From assembly GCA_030747605.1 (NCBI GenBank), contig JASLKL010000003.1, positions 1-43,747 on the forward strand: a DNA stretch of 43,747 nucleotides, in the 5' to 3' direction. The notes below the pieces were generated by a model. That model was not told the DNA's origin. It did not search any database and worked only from the letters and a program-made list of their open reading frames with translations. This document shows, in pieces, positions 18,823 through 29,592 of this stretch. Positions within the stretch are counted from its first letter, which is position 1, and each line of letters opens with the position of its first letter. A program made the position numbers and the translations under genes. The DNA comes from Verrucomicrobiota bacterium. GTDB taxonomy: Bacteria > Verrucomicrobiota > Verrucomicrobiia > Limisphaerales > UBA1096.

Positions 18823-20130
18823 TTATTCGGAAATCCTATACAAAGCTTTTTCAGTTCGAAGGAATATAGAGTTATCACTAACTGCTGCACTGGCATGGTG
18901 CTGACCATCAAGTTTGTTACGTGCCAAAATCCTAAATTCCCGGCCAGGTTTCAATGCAACGGTTTCGCCTTCCTTGCTGTGGAATAAAATTCGTCCCCCG
19001 ACAAATGTCGGGGATGAACCGTGATTACCACCAATACGTTCACGCCACTGTTCCTTACCGGTTTTTGCGTCCAAGCAAGTCACCATTCCTCCTGAATCAC
19101 TAACAAAATAGAGGTCTTCTCCGATTAACAACGGTGATGAAATAGCGGGCACACTTCGCTTACAAGACCACACAATCTCGGGCTGGGGATTAGAAACATC
19201 AATCCCCAACATTTGAGGCCTCATATAGCTAGTACCAATATAAATCATGCCGCTACCAATTACCGGCTTTGGTACAATGGAAAAACCCAAAGACCCATAT
19301 TCAAGCTTCCATAATTCATCGCCTGTCGCTGGCTCATATCCATACACCCAATTAGCAGCAGGTGACACAATTACGTCTCGACCGAGTAATTTGGCTATGA
19401 CTGGAGTTCCATATGCTTTTTTCAATTGTGGATTATCATGCATTTTACCGGATCTTTTAGTCTTCCATATAACTTTTCCTGTATTTTTATCAATTGCAAC
19501 TATGAATTGATTATCACTACCATCCATATGAAAGATTAGTAAATCGTTCCAAATTAGCGGTGATCCGCCAGGTCCATTTTCATGCATTACCCATAAATCC
19601 TGATTACGCCACAACACCTCACCCGACTTCAGATCCAAGCAAGCAGATCCATATGAACCTTTTTGGATATACATCCTTCCATCCTCAATTATGGGGGTTG
19701 GAGACGCATAGCTATTGGTCTTATGAATCCACTGTGGATCCTTTTTCCGCAAAACTTCAACGTCTTTTATAATTTCTCCTGATTCTTTATCGATACAGAT
19801 TGCATGGATTCGCACTTCTGAAAGAACAATCAACGGTTGACCACCAGTATTTGCTTTAAGCCTCTCCTTCGCTTGCTCCTCTGAAGCTTTTGTTTCGTGA
19901 GCTGCTGTAACCCATACTTGATTTCCAACTATCAATGGAGATGACCAGCCACGACCAGGTAATTGTGCTCTCCAAGCAATATTCTTGGTTTCGCTCCATT
20001 CGATAGGCACTTTGGACTGATATGCAATGCCCTGCCCATTTGGACCACGCCATTGGGGCCAGTCAGCCTTAATAGGTGTTAAATCAGCAAAGTGAGTAAA
20101 TAGGATAGTAAAAAAGGTTCTTTTTATCAT
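18823..20130 (-). CDS. PQQ-binding-like beta-propeller repeat protein (PVC-expanded, BamB-like)
   Basis: DWPQWRGPNGQG, LPGRGWSSP, YASPTP, repeated A/C-x-D-x-x-T/SG-x-x-x-W blades, C-terminal IFLRTEKALYRI. Confidence 0.88.
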   Translation of the reverse strand: MIKRTFFTILFTHFADLTPIKADWPQWRGPNGQGIAYQSKVPIEWSETKNIAWRAQLPGRGWSSPLIVGNQVWVTAAHETKASEEQAKERLKANTGGQPLIVLSEVRIHAICIDKESGEIIKDVEVLRKKDPQWIHKTNSYASPTPIIEDGRMYIQKGSYGSACLDLKSGEVLWRNQDLWVMHENGPGGSPLIWNDLLIFHMDGSDNQFIVAIDKNTGKVIWKTKRSGKMHDNPQLKKAYGTPVIAKLLGRDVIVSPAANWVYGYEPATGDELWKLEYGSLGFSIVPKPVIGSGMIYIGTSYMRPQMLGIDVSNPQPEIVWSCKRSVPAISSPLLIGEDLYFVSDSGGMVTCLDAKTGKEQWRERIGGNHGSSPTFVGGRILFHSKEGETVALKPGREFRILARNKLDGQHHASAAVSDNSIFLRTEKALYRISE

Positions 20131-20278
20131 AAAAAATTGAACTAATAGCTATAATCTGGGTAACAAAGTTTAGATGGTCAGAAGAAACGGGCAACCTTTC
20201 TTCTAGTCCAATTTAACATTTGAATGATCAGTTTTGCTTGCTAACCAAGCCATATACCATTAGCCCAAGTCGCGTTAG

Positions 20279-21355
20279 ATGGAGCGAAAATTACTAATAG
20301 AAACCAGCCGGATGGTGGTTAAGTTAGGCACCGGCGTATTGACCGGCCGCAGCAAACAGATTGATCCCCGACAAATTGAACAGTTGGTCGGGCAGGTAGC
20401 TGCACAGCGTAAAGATGGACGAGAAGTTATTGTTGTATCCTCGGGAGCTGTTGGTGCTGGTATGGGTGTTTTAAATATAGACAAGCGACCGACTGACCTA
20501 TCCGATCTTCAAGCTTGTGCAGCTATAGGTCAATCGGCATTGATGTCCACGTACTCAGAACTTTTTGCCAAATACAATTTAAAGGTAGCACAAGTACTGC
20601 TGACCCATGACGACTTAGAGGATAAAGACCGTCATTTAAACGCCCGCAATACCCTAGTGTCTCTACTTGACAAAGGAGTCATCCCAATCGTCAACGAAAA
20701 TGATGCAGTGAGCTACACTGAATTGAAATTTGGAGACAATGACTGGCTGGCTTCCCTAGTAGCCTGCTTGCTCCCTGCAGATTTGCTGGTAATCCTTACA
20801 ACAGTTGACGGCTTGGTAGAAAACTTTGGGGAAAAAAATCCAAATACAATTACTGTAGTTGAAAAAATAGATACTCACATTCAAAAACTCGCTGGCGGCA
20901 CACTCAGCAATATGGCAATTGGAGGGATGGAAGCAAAGATTCGTGCTGCCAAGATGACTGTTAGAACTGGGATCCCTCTCGTAATTGCCTCAGGGAAAAA
21001 GAAGCGAGTGATCAGCAACATCATTAACGGTAAAGATGAAGGAACCTTTTTTGTCCCGCGTGCCAGTAAGCTTAAAGGACGAAAACGCTGGATCGCATTT
21101 TTTCATCATCCAAAAGGATCACTGTGGGTAGATAATGGAGCTCGAAACGCACTTAGGGATAAAGGAAAAAGCCTACTTCCTCCTGGCATATCCCAGTGCA
21201 TTGGAGAATTTAACAAAGGAGACGTTGTAAGAATTTGCGACCTAGAAGGCACAGAGTTTTCACGAGGGATCAGCCGTTACAATGCCGATGAGATTCGGGC
21301 AAGAAAGTTGAAAAGTGTAGAAATCGTCCATCGTAACGACTTAGTTATCCTCTAA
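20279..21355 (+). CDS. proB: Glutamate 5-kinase (with PUA domain)
   Basis: VVKLGT, VSSGAVGAG, AAIGQ, IPIVNENDAV, FGDND, GGMEAK, RKRWI, SLLPPG, IVHRNDLV. Confidence 0.96.
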   Translation: MERKLLIETSRMVVKLGTGVLTGRSKQIDPRQIEQLVGQVAAQRKDGREVIVVSSGAVGAGMGVLNIDKRPTDLSDLQACAAIGQSALMSTYSELFAKYNLKVAQVLLTHDDLEDKDRHLNARNTLVSLLDKGVIPIVNENDAVSYTELKFGDNDWLASLVACLLPADLLVILTTVDGLVENFGEKNPNTITVVEKIDTHIQKLAGGTLSNMAIGGMEAKIRAAKMTVRTGIPLVIASGKKKRVISNIINGKDEGTFFVPRASKLKGRKRWIAFFHHPKGSLWVDNGARNALRDKGKSLLPPGISQCIGEFNKGDVVRICDLEGTEFSRGISRYNADEIRARKLKSVEIVHRNDLVIL

Positions 21356-21356
21356 A

Positions 21357-22043
21357 ATGGGCACCAAAAGGAAAACTAATAAAAAGAAACCTGCGATTAA
21401 TGATTTAATCGAAGTTATGGCCCGCCTAAGAGCTCCCGGTGGTTGCCCTTGGGATCGTGAACAAAATCACAAGTCGATTAGATTTCATGCCGTTGAGGAA
21501 GTATATGAACTAATTGATGCCATCGAAATGGAGGACGATCACGAAATGCTAGAAGAATGTGGTGACTTGCTTCTCCAAGTTGTATTTCATTGTCAATTAG
21601 CAGAAGAACGCAAAGCATTTGATTTCGAAAAAGCGGCTCGCACGATCACTGATAAATTGATTAGACGCCACCCACATGTCTTCAGCAACTCCAAAGCTGA
21701 TAACGTTGATGCTGTTTGGGCACAGTGGGAAAAAATCAAACGAGAGGAAAAAGATGGTACTCAACACGAACGGTCATCTGTACTTGACGGTATTCCTCGA
21801 CACCTCCCTGCACTACAAAGGGCCGAAAAACTGGTAAAAAAGGCGCGAAAAAATGGCATAACTAGCAAGCCCTTGGCCAAACCAGCAAAACAACGATATA
21901 CCAAGTCAACCCTTAGCAAGGAACTTTTTGCTCTCGCGGAATATGCACAAGATAAAGGCTGGCAACCTGAAGCACTTCTGCGTGCGGAAACTAAAAAACA
22001 AGAAAAAAAACTACGAAAAAAAGAATCGCGATTGTCCAAATAG
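21357..22043 (+). CDS. mazG: MazG family nucleoside triphosphate pyrophosphohydrolase
   Basis: LRAPGGCPWDREQ, EEVYELIDAI...EECGDLLLQVVFH, KLIRRHPHVF, WEKIK, LPALQRA. The second domain is shortened. Confidence 0.9.
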   Translation: MGTKRKTNKKKPAINDLIEVMARLRAPGGCPWDREQNHKSIRFHAVEEVYELIDAIEMEDDHEMLEECGDLLLQVVFHCQLAEERKAFDFEKAARTITDKLIRRHPHVFSNSKADNVDAVWAQWEKIKREEKDGTQHERSSVLDGIPRHLPALQRAEKLVKKARKNGITSKPLAKPAKQRYTKSTLSKELFALAEYAQDKGWQPEALLRAETKKQEKKLRKKESRLSK

Positions 22044-22059
22044 ACAGCATTCCAACCAC

Positions 22060-22092
22060 AATAACAAAACGATCGGAAATTGTTTTTTATTT
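22060..22092. terminator. AT-rich hairpin between convergent genes (possible bidirectional terminator)
   Basis: AATAAcAAAACGAT-cggaa-ATTGTTTTtTATT inverted repeat between the mazG and namZ-fusion stop codons; the stem is weak. Confidence 0.4.
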
Positions 22093-24441
22093 TCAATCAT
22101 AAATCAAAAACTCAGCTCGGCGTTTATTAAAATTAACTAAGTCTGACTGCCAAAGTTCCTGAATCTGATCCAAAGTTTTACCTTGTTCAATTGCCCGAAT
22201 AGTCGGGAGATGGCAAAGCAATCGGTTAACCTTAACCAACGGAAAATGCTTCGGATAAATCGCATATAACTCACGTGCAATCGCAGCTCCTAACAAAACC
22301 GGTTTCAGTTTTCTTCGGTTGGTAATAATAATATTTACTCCTCCACATGCTTGGCCCTTATGAATACTTGCACTGGGCGTGAATCGAACTGGCACAAACA
22401 TCACCCCTTCCTGACCAAGAGCATTTAGACGTTTGGCTAAAAGTACATCATTTATATACGGCGCCCCTATCACTTCAAATGGGGTATCTGTTCCTCTTCC
22501 CACCGAGAGCGCTGTCTCAAGCAACCCTATGCCAGGATAGAGCATGGCCTGAGTAATATTACGCATATTAGGTGAAGGATTTGTCCACGGCTGACCGGTC
22601 TCATCAAATGTCTGGCTACGAGACCAATCTTCTATTTTTACTATCTGCAATTTCACATTGTAATCTCGCTCCCGGTTAAACATCCGCGCCAACTCGCCGA
22701 CGGTCATCCCATGCTTCACCGGGATATCATGAAACGCAATAAAGTCAGTAGGCCCTAATCTTACTGGCCCTTCAAAATTGGCAGCGCCAATTGGATTAAC
22801 ACGATCGAGTACAATGAACTTAATGCCAGCCTCGGAAGCTGCCTCCATCGCCAATCCCATGGTTGAAATATAAGTATAAAACCGGCAACCGATGTCTTGA
22901 ATATCAAAAATCAGAGAATCAAGTCCGGCAAGTTGCTCCATTAAAGGCTTACGAGTTTTGCCATAAAGGCTGAAAATCTTTAGACCAGTCTTGGCATCAG
23001 TGGCATCCCCAACTTTTTGGTCCAGATTACCATATAAACCATGCTCAGGGCTAAAAAGGGCCCTTAATTGGACATGCTCTGTTGCCAGCAAAAAATCAAG
23101 CGTTGAGTTTCGGTTACGGTCGTGGCCAGTGTGATTGGTAATCAACCCCACCCGGCTGCCTTTCGGCAATATATCCGGCCTCATCCGTAGCACATCTGCT
23201 CCGTTAATGACGGCTTTATGAGAAGGTAATCGAGCCGAACCACTAGCGCCAAATGAAAATTCTCGTAATGACTCGGCAGCAAGAGTTGCAACTTTACGGC
23301 GGAGAGCAATCACATTCCCACTACCATCAGGATGCACGCGACTGGTCATAAGAATCACGGAAGTTCCAGTGCTTGAATCGATCCAAATTGAGCATCCTGT
23401 CCAACCAGTATGCCCGTAGCTACCCAAATCAAAATGATTACCGCGTGGACTTGAATATGGAGAAGAAATATCCCAGCCTAGCCCTCGACGTATCTTCATG
23501 TCGGGCGCCGTTTGCCGTGTCGTCATCAATTCGATAGTTTCTTTACTAAAAATACTATGACCACCGTAATTACCACCGTTTAGCATCATTGATGCAAATA
23601 TCCCAAGATCTTTAGCAGTAGTAAACAAGCCTGCGTGACCAGCAACGCCTCCCATACGTCTTGCAGTAGGGTCATGCACTTCACCGTGCAAAATAACTTC
23701 ACCTAACTGTTCAGTTGGAGCGATATCGTCTCGCTTATCCGAAGATGGCTGGAAGCCCGAGTTAATCATGCCCAAAGGCTGGAATATATTCTCTGCTGCA
23801 AACTTATCGAGACTTTGACCGGAAGCCAGTCGCACAATTTCACCAAGCAAAATGAAATTTATATCGCTATAAACAAATCGGGTATTGGGCTGGAAAGTAA
23901 TTCGCTCGGCCTTGGCCTGCTCAATAGCTGTTTCAACTCCGCGCCATTCTGGTCGCAATGAAAGACCTGGACGTAGTCCTGAAGTGTGTGTCAATAAATG
24001 ACGGATTGTAATAGCTCCTTTTCCGTTCTTCTTGAATCCTGGAATCCACTGATCCACCTTATCGTTAAGACCTAGTTTGCCTTGCTCAATTAACAAAGCT
24101 ATCGAAGGCGCAGTAGCAATTACCTTTGTAAGAGATGCCGCATCAAAAATCGTTTCATATTTCATGGAAGATCGCTCTGGCTTGATTCTTTTGTCACCAT
24201 ATACCTTTCTGTAAACAAGCCCACTGTTTGCAATGCGCAAGACTGCACCCGGAGCCTTACCGTCATCAATGGCCTGCATAATAGCTGCATCGATCTCCCC
24301 GAGCTTTGACAAACGAAAAACTGTAGACAGCGGCGCTGGCATAACTGATTTCTCATGACTGACATTTTTTTGAGGAGACTCGCATGCGACCACTGCCAGC
24401 CAAATAACCAATCCAAAACAAAATGAAATAAAACGATTCAT
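22093..24441 (-). CDS. Lipoprotein fusion: beta-lactamase-family serine hydrolase (AmiE-like) plus NamZ/DUF1343 exo-beta-N-acetylmuramidase
   Basis: Lipobox-like LAVVAC; ASLTK (SxxK), LLTHTSG, YSD, GVAGHAGLF, GHTGWTG; then VGLITNHTG, LFSPEHG, FDIQDIGCRFYTYISTM, VLDRVNP, HGMTVGELA, PSPNM, SVGRGT. ATG 24441 preferred. Confidence 0.9.
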   Translation of the reverse strand: MNRFISFCFGLVIWLAVVACESPQKNVSHEKSVMPAPLSTVFRLSKLGEIDAAIMQAIDDGKAPGAVLRIANSGLVYRKVYGDKRIKPERSSMKYETIFDAASLTKVIATAPSIALLIEQGKLGLNDKVDQWIPGFKKNGKGAITIRHLLTHTSGLRPGLSLRPEWRGVETAIEQAKAERITFQPNTRFVYSDINFILLGEIVRLASGQSLDKFAAENIFQPLGMINSGFQPSSDKRDDIAPTEQLGEVILHGEVHDPTARRMGGVAGHAGLFTTAKDLGIFASMMLNGGNYGGHSIFSKETIELMTTRQTAPDMKIRRGLGWDISSPYSSPRGNHFDLGSYGHTGWTGCSIWIDSSTGTSVILMTSRVHPDGSGNVIALRRKVATLAAESLREFSFGASGSARLPSHKAVINGADVLRMRPDILPKGSRVGLITNHTGHDRNRNSTLDFLLATEHVQLRALFSPEHGLYGNLDQKVGDATDAKTGLKIFSLYGKTRKPLMEQLAGLDSLIFDIQDIGCRFYTYISTMGLAMEAASEAGIKFIVLDRVNPIGAANFEGPVRLGPTDFIAFHDIPVKHGMTVGELARMFNRERDYNVKLQIVKIEDWSRSQTFDETGQPWTNPSPNMRNITQAMLYPGIGLLETALSVGRGTDTPFEVIGAPYINDVLLAKRLNALGQEGVMFVPVRFTPSASIHKGQACGGVNIIITNRRKLKPVLLGAAIARELYAIYPKHFPLVKVNRLLCHLPTIRAIEQGKTLDQIQELWQSDLVNFNKRRAEFLIYD

Positions 24442-24546
24442 ACGCTTGACCAAAAGTAACGCTCTCCAGCAATTTGCCCAAGCGCAACGTTTCGCTCGAC
24501 GAAAACAGCTCTATTATAGTATATTGTTTGAGCTTTTTTGCATCTT

Positions 24547-25338
24547 ATGTCGCTGGCAAGCAACATCTTTAGAACATCACTCGGCCGAAAATACCTAATG
24601 GCACTATCGGGAGCAGGGCTGTTCGGTTTTGTCGTTGTCCACATGTTAGGCAACTTGACAATCTTTGCCGGCCCGGCAGCTATTAACCAATATGCTGCGA
24701 AACTTCATAGCATGGGGCCTCTACTGTGGATCGCCCGGCTAGGCTTACTCATGATGGTTGGAATTCATATTTGGACTGCTATCAAATTAGCCTCTGAAAA
24801 CAAGCGAGCCCGGCAATTTCAATATGAAGGGACAATCGAACCTGTAGATATCCATCGAAAAAATGATATCGTTTCACGCTATGCAGCACGAACGATGATT
24901 TATAGCGGGTTGATCATAGCCGCATTTGCATTTTATCATTTAGCTCACTACACGTGGAAGGTTCCACAGATCAATGGACTTGATGCAGACTTTGAGACCT
25001 TCTACGTGCACGAAGAAGATAACGGAGAAAAACAAATTACCGCATACACCACTGCTATGCCGATTGGGGAAGGCGCAGAAGGTGAAAATGCTGTTGATGT
25101 TTACAGGATGGTAACAACTGGGTTTGGGGTTTGGTGGATATCCATCTTTTATGTTATCTCCATCGGATTGCTCTGCATTCACTTGAGTCACGGCTTAAGT
25201 GCTATGTTTCAATCTCTGGGCTTTAAAACTAAAGCATCCCAGAAACTGATAAACCGCTTCGCCTGCACTGCAGCTTGGCTACTTTTTGCAGGTTACGTTT
25301 CAGTGCCAATTAGTATACTGCTTGGATTCGTAAAATAA
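24547..25338 (+). CDS. sdhC: Succinate dehydrogenase/fumarate reductase cytochrome b subunit (single large anchor)
   Basis: [44 protein letters not shown]; about five TM helices; upstream of sdhAB. ATG at 24547. Confidence 0.92.
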   Translation: MSLASNIFRTSLGRKYLMALSGAGLFGFVVVHMLGNLTIFAGPAAINQYAAKLHSMGPLLWIARLGLLMMVGIHIWTAIKLASENKRARQFQYEGTIEPVDIHRKNDIVSRYAARTMIYSGLIIAAFAFYHLAHYTWKVPQINGLDADFETFYVHEEDNGEKQITAYTTAMPIGEGAEGENAVDVYRMVTTGFGVWWISIFYVISIGLLCIHLSHGLSAMFQSLGFKTKASQKLINRFACTAAWLLFAGYVSVPISILLGFVK

Positions 25339-25339
25339 G

Positions 25340-27346
25340 ATGGCCACAAAAAAGAAAAAAAATATCCCTAAGGCCAAAGCCGTGAAAAAAACGAGCCGAA
25401 GATCAAAACTTATACTAGATTCCAAAATTCCAGACGGCCCAATAGCTGAAAAATGGGACAAACATCGTTTCAACTTAAAACTGGTCAACCCAGCTAATAA
25501 AAGGAAGTACGAAGTAATTGTAGTAGGCAGCGGCTTGGCAGGCGCCTCAGCTGCAGCATCACTTGGCGAACTAGGCTACAATGTTAAGTGCTTTTGCTAT
25601 CAAGACAGCCCACGTCGCGCACACTCAATAGCAGCTCAAGGCGGAATAAATGCTGCAAAAAATTATCAAAATGATGGCGACTCGGCATATAGGCTTTTTT
25701 ACGACACAGTAAAAGGCGGTGATTACCGTTCAAGGGAGGCAAACGTATATCGCCTAGCTCAGGTGAGCGTAGACATAATTGATCAGTGCGCCGCACAAGG
25801 CGTTCCATTTGCTCGCGAGTATGGAGGCTTACTTGCCAATCGATCATTTGGAGGGGCACAAGTTAGCAGAACTTTCTACGCTCGGGGACAAACCGGACAA
25901 CAATTACTATTAGGCGCCTATTCGTCACTAAATAGGCAAATCAGTCTTGGCAAGGTGGAAATGCATACCCGCTCGGAAATGCTCGATGTAGTGATAGTTG
26001 ACGGCCATGCAAAAGGCATCGTGGTACGTAATATGATAACTGGTGAAATCAGTCGTCACTCTGCTCATGCAGTCGTACTTGCGACCGGGGGATACGGAAA
26101 TGTTTTTTTTCTGTCAACCAATGCAATGGGCTGCAACGTCACAGCAGCTTATCGAGCTTATAAACGTGGAGCCTGCTTTGCTAATCCATGTTTTACACAA
26201 ATTCATCCCACATGTATTCCAGTCAGCGGCGATCATCAAAGCAAGCTAACCCTTATGAGTGAATCGCTCCGAAACGATGGCCGAGTCTGGGTTCCAAAAG
26301 ACAAAAAAATTGCAGAAAAAATTCGTAAAGGAGAAGTAAAGCCGAATGACATTGCAGATAAAGATCGAGATTATTTTCTAGAAAGAAAATATCCCAGCTT
26401 CGGCAACCTTGTCCCTCGCGACGTTGCCTCGAGGAACGCTAAAGAAGTATGCGACGAAGGACGTAGCGTAGTCTCCTCCGGCTTAGGAGTTTATTTGGAT
26501 TTTGCCGATGCCATAAAACGGATGGGAGAAAATACCGTACGCGAACGCTATGGGAATCTTTTCGATATGTATGAGAAGATCACAGGCAGCAATGCTTATC
26601 AAAATCCAATGACTATTTATCCTGCTGTACATTATACAATGGGTGGACTTTGGGTGGACTATAATTTAATGAGCAACCTTCCAGGACTATTCGCTATCGG
26701 CGAAGCCAATTTTTCAGATCATGGTGCTAATCGACTTGGCGCCAGCGCATTGATGCAAGGCTTGGCAGATGGCTATTTCGTTTTACCCTACACAATAGGC
26801 CAATACTTAGCGGAAAATGGAATTGATAATCGTCCAAGTATTGATGACACAGCATTCTCTAATGTACAGGAACAAGTCGAATCCAGAATTGACACTCTAC
26901 TTACAATTAATGGAGAACGTACACCAACCTCGTTTCACCGTGAGCTTGGGAAGGTTATGTGGGATAAATGCGGCATGGCTCGCAACAAAAAAGGATTAGA
27001 AGAAGCATTACGCAAAATCCCTAAACTCCGAAAAGAATTTTGGCAAAACCTCTCGGTTCCTGGAGAGAATGCTGCCCTCAATCAAAGCCTCGAACACGCC
27101 GGACGTGTAGCAGATTTTCTTGAATTCGGAGAATTGATGTGTCGCGACGCATTACAACGTGAGGAATCCTGTGGAGGCCACTTTCGCGAAGAACATCAAA
27201 CACCTGAAGGAGAAGCTAAACGAAATGATGACAACTTTTCCTATGTGTCGGCTTGGGAACACAAAGGAGAAAAGAAGATTCCTCAACTACACAAAGAATC
27301 TCTTGTTTACGACGAAGTAAAGATGACACAAAGGAGCTACAAGTGA
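25340..27346 (+). CDS. sdhA: Succinate dehydrogenase/fumarate reductase flavoprotein subunit
   Basis: [66 protein letters not shown]. Confidence 0.97.
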   Translation: MATKKKKNIPKAKAVKKTSRRSKLILDSKIPDGPIAEKWDKHRFNLKLVNPANKRKYEVIVVGSGLAGASAAASLGELGYNVKCFCYQDSPRRAHSIAAQGGINAAKNYQNDGDSAYRLFYDTVKGGDYRSREANVYRLAQVSVDIIDQCAAQGVPFAREYGGLLANRSFGGAQVSRTFYARGQTGQQLLLGAYSSLNRQISLGKVEMHTRSEMLDVVIVDGHAKGIVVRNMITGEISRHSAHAVVLATGGYGNVFFLSTNAMGCNVTAAYRAYKRGACFANPCFTQIHPTCIPVSGDHQSKLTLMSESLRNDGRVWVPKDKKIAEKIRKGEVKPNDIADKDRDYFLERKYPSFGNLVPRDVASRNAKEVCDEGRSVVSSGLGVYLDFADAIKRMGENTVRERYGNLFDMYEKITGSNAYQNPMTIYPAVHYTMGGLWVDYNLMSNLPGLFAIGEANFSDHGANRLGASALMQGLADGYFVLPYTIGQYLAENGIDNRPSIDDTAFSNVQEQVESRIDTLLTINGERTPTSFHRELGKVMWDKCGMARNKKGLEEALRKIPKLRKEFWQNLSVPGENAALNQSLEHAGRVADFLEFGELMCRDALQREESCGGHFREEHQTPEGEAKRNDDNFSYVSAWEHKGEKKIPQLHKESLVYDEVKMTQRSYK

Positions 27347-27357
27347 TCGGCGAAACA

Positions 27358-28110
27358 ATGAATTTAAAACTCCGAGTATGGCGTCAGGACAATGCAGAGG
27401 AAGCAGGAGGCTTTGAAGAGTATGAAGCCCTCGACATAAGCCCAGACATGTCTTTTCTGGAAATGCTTGACGTAGTAAATGAGGACATTATTGCAGATGG
27501 AGAGGAGCCCATTGCATTCGACTCTGACTGCCGAGAGGGTATTTGCGGCACATGCTCCATGGTCATTAATGGGGTTCCTCACGGAGGCCAACAAGGCACT
27601 ACAGCGTGCCAACTGCACATGCGACACTTCAGTGACGGCGATACCATTGTTATCGAACCATGGCGAGCTACAGCATTCCCTGTACATCGAGACTTGATTG
27701 TTGACCGCACTTCATTCGAAAGGATTCAACAAGCCGGAGGATTCATTAGTGTTCGGACTGGCAGCGTCCCAGATGCAAACGCAACGCCGGTGCCCAAAGA
27801 AGATTCCGATCTCGCAATGGACGCAGCACAGTGCATTGGTTGTGGGGCCTGCGTAGCCGCCTGTAAAAATGCCAGCGCGATGCTATTCGTGGCTGCAAAA
27901 GTATCACACCTTAGCCTTATGCCTCAGGGCCAACCTGAACGCACACGCCGTGCATTTTCGATGGTAAATCAAATGGATGAAGAAGGCTTTGGCAACTGCA
28001 CTGTCACTGGCTCCTGTGAAGCAGTTTGCCCCAAGGAAATTTCCCTAGACTTTATTGCCCGCATGAACCGTGAATACGGAAGGGCACTACTTAAAAAAGG
28101 TTGCAGCTAA
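27358..28110 (+). CDS. sdhB: Succinate dehydrogenase/fumarate reductase iron-sulfur subunit
   Basis: CREGICGTC...C (2Fe-2S), [11 protein letters not shown] and [15 protein letters not shown] at 27358 ([10 protein letters not shown]). Confidence 0.96.
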   Translation: MNLKLRVWRQDNAEEAGGFEEYEALDISPDMSFLEMLDVVNEDIIADGEEPIAFDSDCREGICGTCSMVINGVPHGGQQGTTACQLHMRHFSDGDTIVIEPWRATAFPVHRDLIVDRTSFERIQQAGGFISVRTGSVPDANATPVPKEDSDLAMDAAQCIGCGACVAACKNASAMLFVAAKVSHLSLMPQGQPERTRRAFSMVNQMDEEGFGNCTVTGSCEAVCPKEISLDFIARMNREYGRALLKKGCS

Positions 28111-28131
28111 TTGATCTCAATTGAGTTCAAA

Positions 28132-29589
28132 TTAACTCAACACATCATGAATCACATTTCCGTGAACATCGGTTAATCTACGTTCGAATCCATTGTGATA
28201 AAAAGTGAGCCGTTCATGGTTTAAGCCAAGTAAATGAAGTATAGTAGCGTGAAGATCATAGACTGAGGAAATATTCTGCTCCGCCTTCCATCCAAAACTG
28301 TCAGTAGAACCATAACTGTATCCTCTTTTAACGCCTGCTCCGGCAAGCCATGCCGTAAACCCATCAGGATTGTGATCTCGACCGCTAGCCCCCTTTTGAA
28401 AGGTGGGCATCCGGCCAAATTCAGTACACCAAACAACCAAAGTATCATCAAGTAAACCGCGCTGTTTCAAATCACGAATAAGTGCAGCGGCAGGTTGATC
28501 CAACACTGGACCATGTTTGGAATATTGCTCCTGCAACACCTTGTGACCATCCCAATTACTAACGCCTTCACCACCTGTTTGGTAAGCCCCATTAAAGAGC
28601 TGAACAAACCGCACTCCTTTTTCAAGAAGGCGTCGGGCAAGAATACAGTTCTTCGCAAAACTAGACTTAATAGGATTACTAACATCGTCAGCACCATACA
28701 TTTTCATGGTAGCGCTATTTTCCGTCGAAAGATCGCTGACTTCAGGAACACTAAGCTGCATACGAGCGGCTAGCTCATAACTGGATATGCGAGCAGCCAG
28801 CTCAGTATCTCCTGGGAATTTTTCCAAATGTTGCTCGTTAAGTCGCTGGAGAAACCTTCTGGTAGCTATATCTGTTTTAGCACTCACGCCAGGAGGACGG
28901 ATGAGATTGCGAAGTGGTTTTGTTGCATTAAAGTCCGTACCCTGAAACGCTGCCGGCAAAAATCCAGGTCCCCAATTATTAACACTACTCTGCGGGGTGC
29001 CCCTAGGGTCAGGAATTGCCACATAGGCAGGTAGCTCTTCATTTTCAGATCCGAGTGCCCAGGTCACCCATGCACCCATACTCGGGAAGCCATCGAGCGT
29101 ATAACCCGTGGACATAAAATTTTCCCCAGGGCCATGCGTATTCGTCTTACCAGTAAGCGAATGAATAAAACATATTTCGTCAGCTAACTCACCCAACTGA
29201 GGAACCAAATCAGAAACCATCTTACCTGTCTGCCCTCGTGGTTTGAAAGCCCAAGGGCTCTTGATAAGATTGCCCTGTTCCCCTTGAAAAGTTTTAAGCT
29301 TCTCTCCTCCAGGCATAGGCTGGCCATGACGCTTAACGAGCTCCGGCTTATAATCAAATGTGTCAAGGTGGCTGCAAGCCCCCGAACAGAAAATCACAAC
29401 TACATTTTTAGCAGCAGGTGAAAAATGTGGATTACGAGCCGAAAAAGGTTTAGTCGACTCGATATTTGGACGTATAGGCTTATCGACAGCTAACAAGCCA
29501 TCCCTAGCCAAGAGACTGGTCAAAGCAATACCACCCAATCCCTTTCCAGAATGCTTTAAAAAGTGACGACGATTAAGGAATGAATTCAT
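28132..29589 (-). CDS. DUF1501 domain protein (Tat-exported, sulfatase-like fold)
   Basis: NRRHFLK twin-arginine signal, [58 protein letters not shown]. Confidence 0.93.
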   Translation of the reverse strand: MNSFLNRRHFLKHSGKGLGGIALTSLLARDGLLAVDKPIRPNIESTKPFSARNPHFSPAAKNVVVIFCSGACSHLDTFDYKPELVKRHGQPMPGGEKLKTFQGEQGNLIKSPWAFKPRGQTGKMVSDLVPQLGELADEICFIHSLTGKTNTHGPGENFMSTGYTLDGFPSMGAWVTWALGSENEELPAYVAIPDPRGTPQSSVNNWGPGFLPAAFQGTDFNATKPLRNLIRPPGVSAKTDIATRRFLQRLNEQHLEKFPGDTELAARISSYELAARMQLSVPEVSDLSTENSATMKMYGADDVSNPIKSSFAKNCILARRLLEKGVRFVQLFNGAYQTGGEGVSNWDGHKVLQEQYSKHGPVLDQPAAALIRDLKQRGLLDDTLVVWCTEFGRMPTFQKGASGRDHNPDGFTAWLAGAGVKRGYSYGSTDSFGWKAEQNISSVYDLHATILHLLGLNHERLTFYHNGFERRLTDVHGNVIHDVLS

Positions 29590-29592
29590 TTT

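Noticed and set aside
22093-24441. Calling the serine hydrolase a beta-lactamase resistance gene
   Set aside because: The GVAGHAGLF motif and NamZ fusion fit the AmiE-like peptidoglycan-recycling group better.
27253-27357. Long sdhB N-terminus overlapping sdhA
   Set aside because: Open-frame artefact; the conserved SdhB start is ATG 27358.
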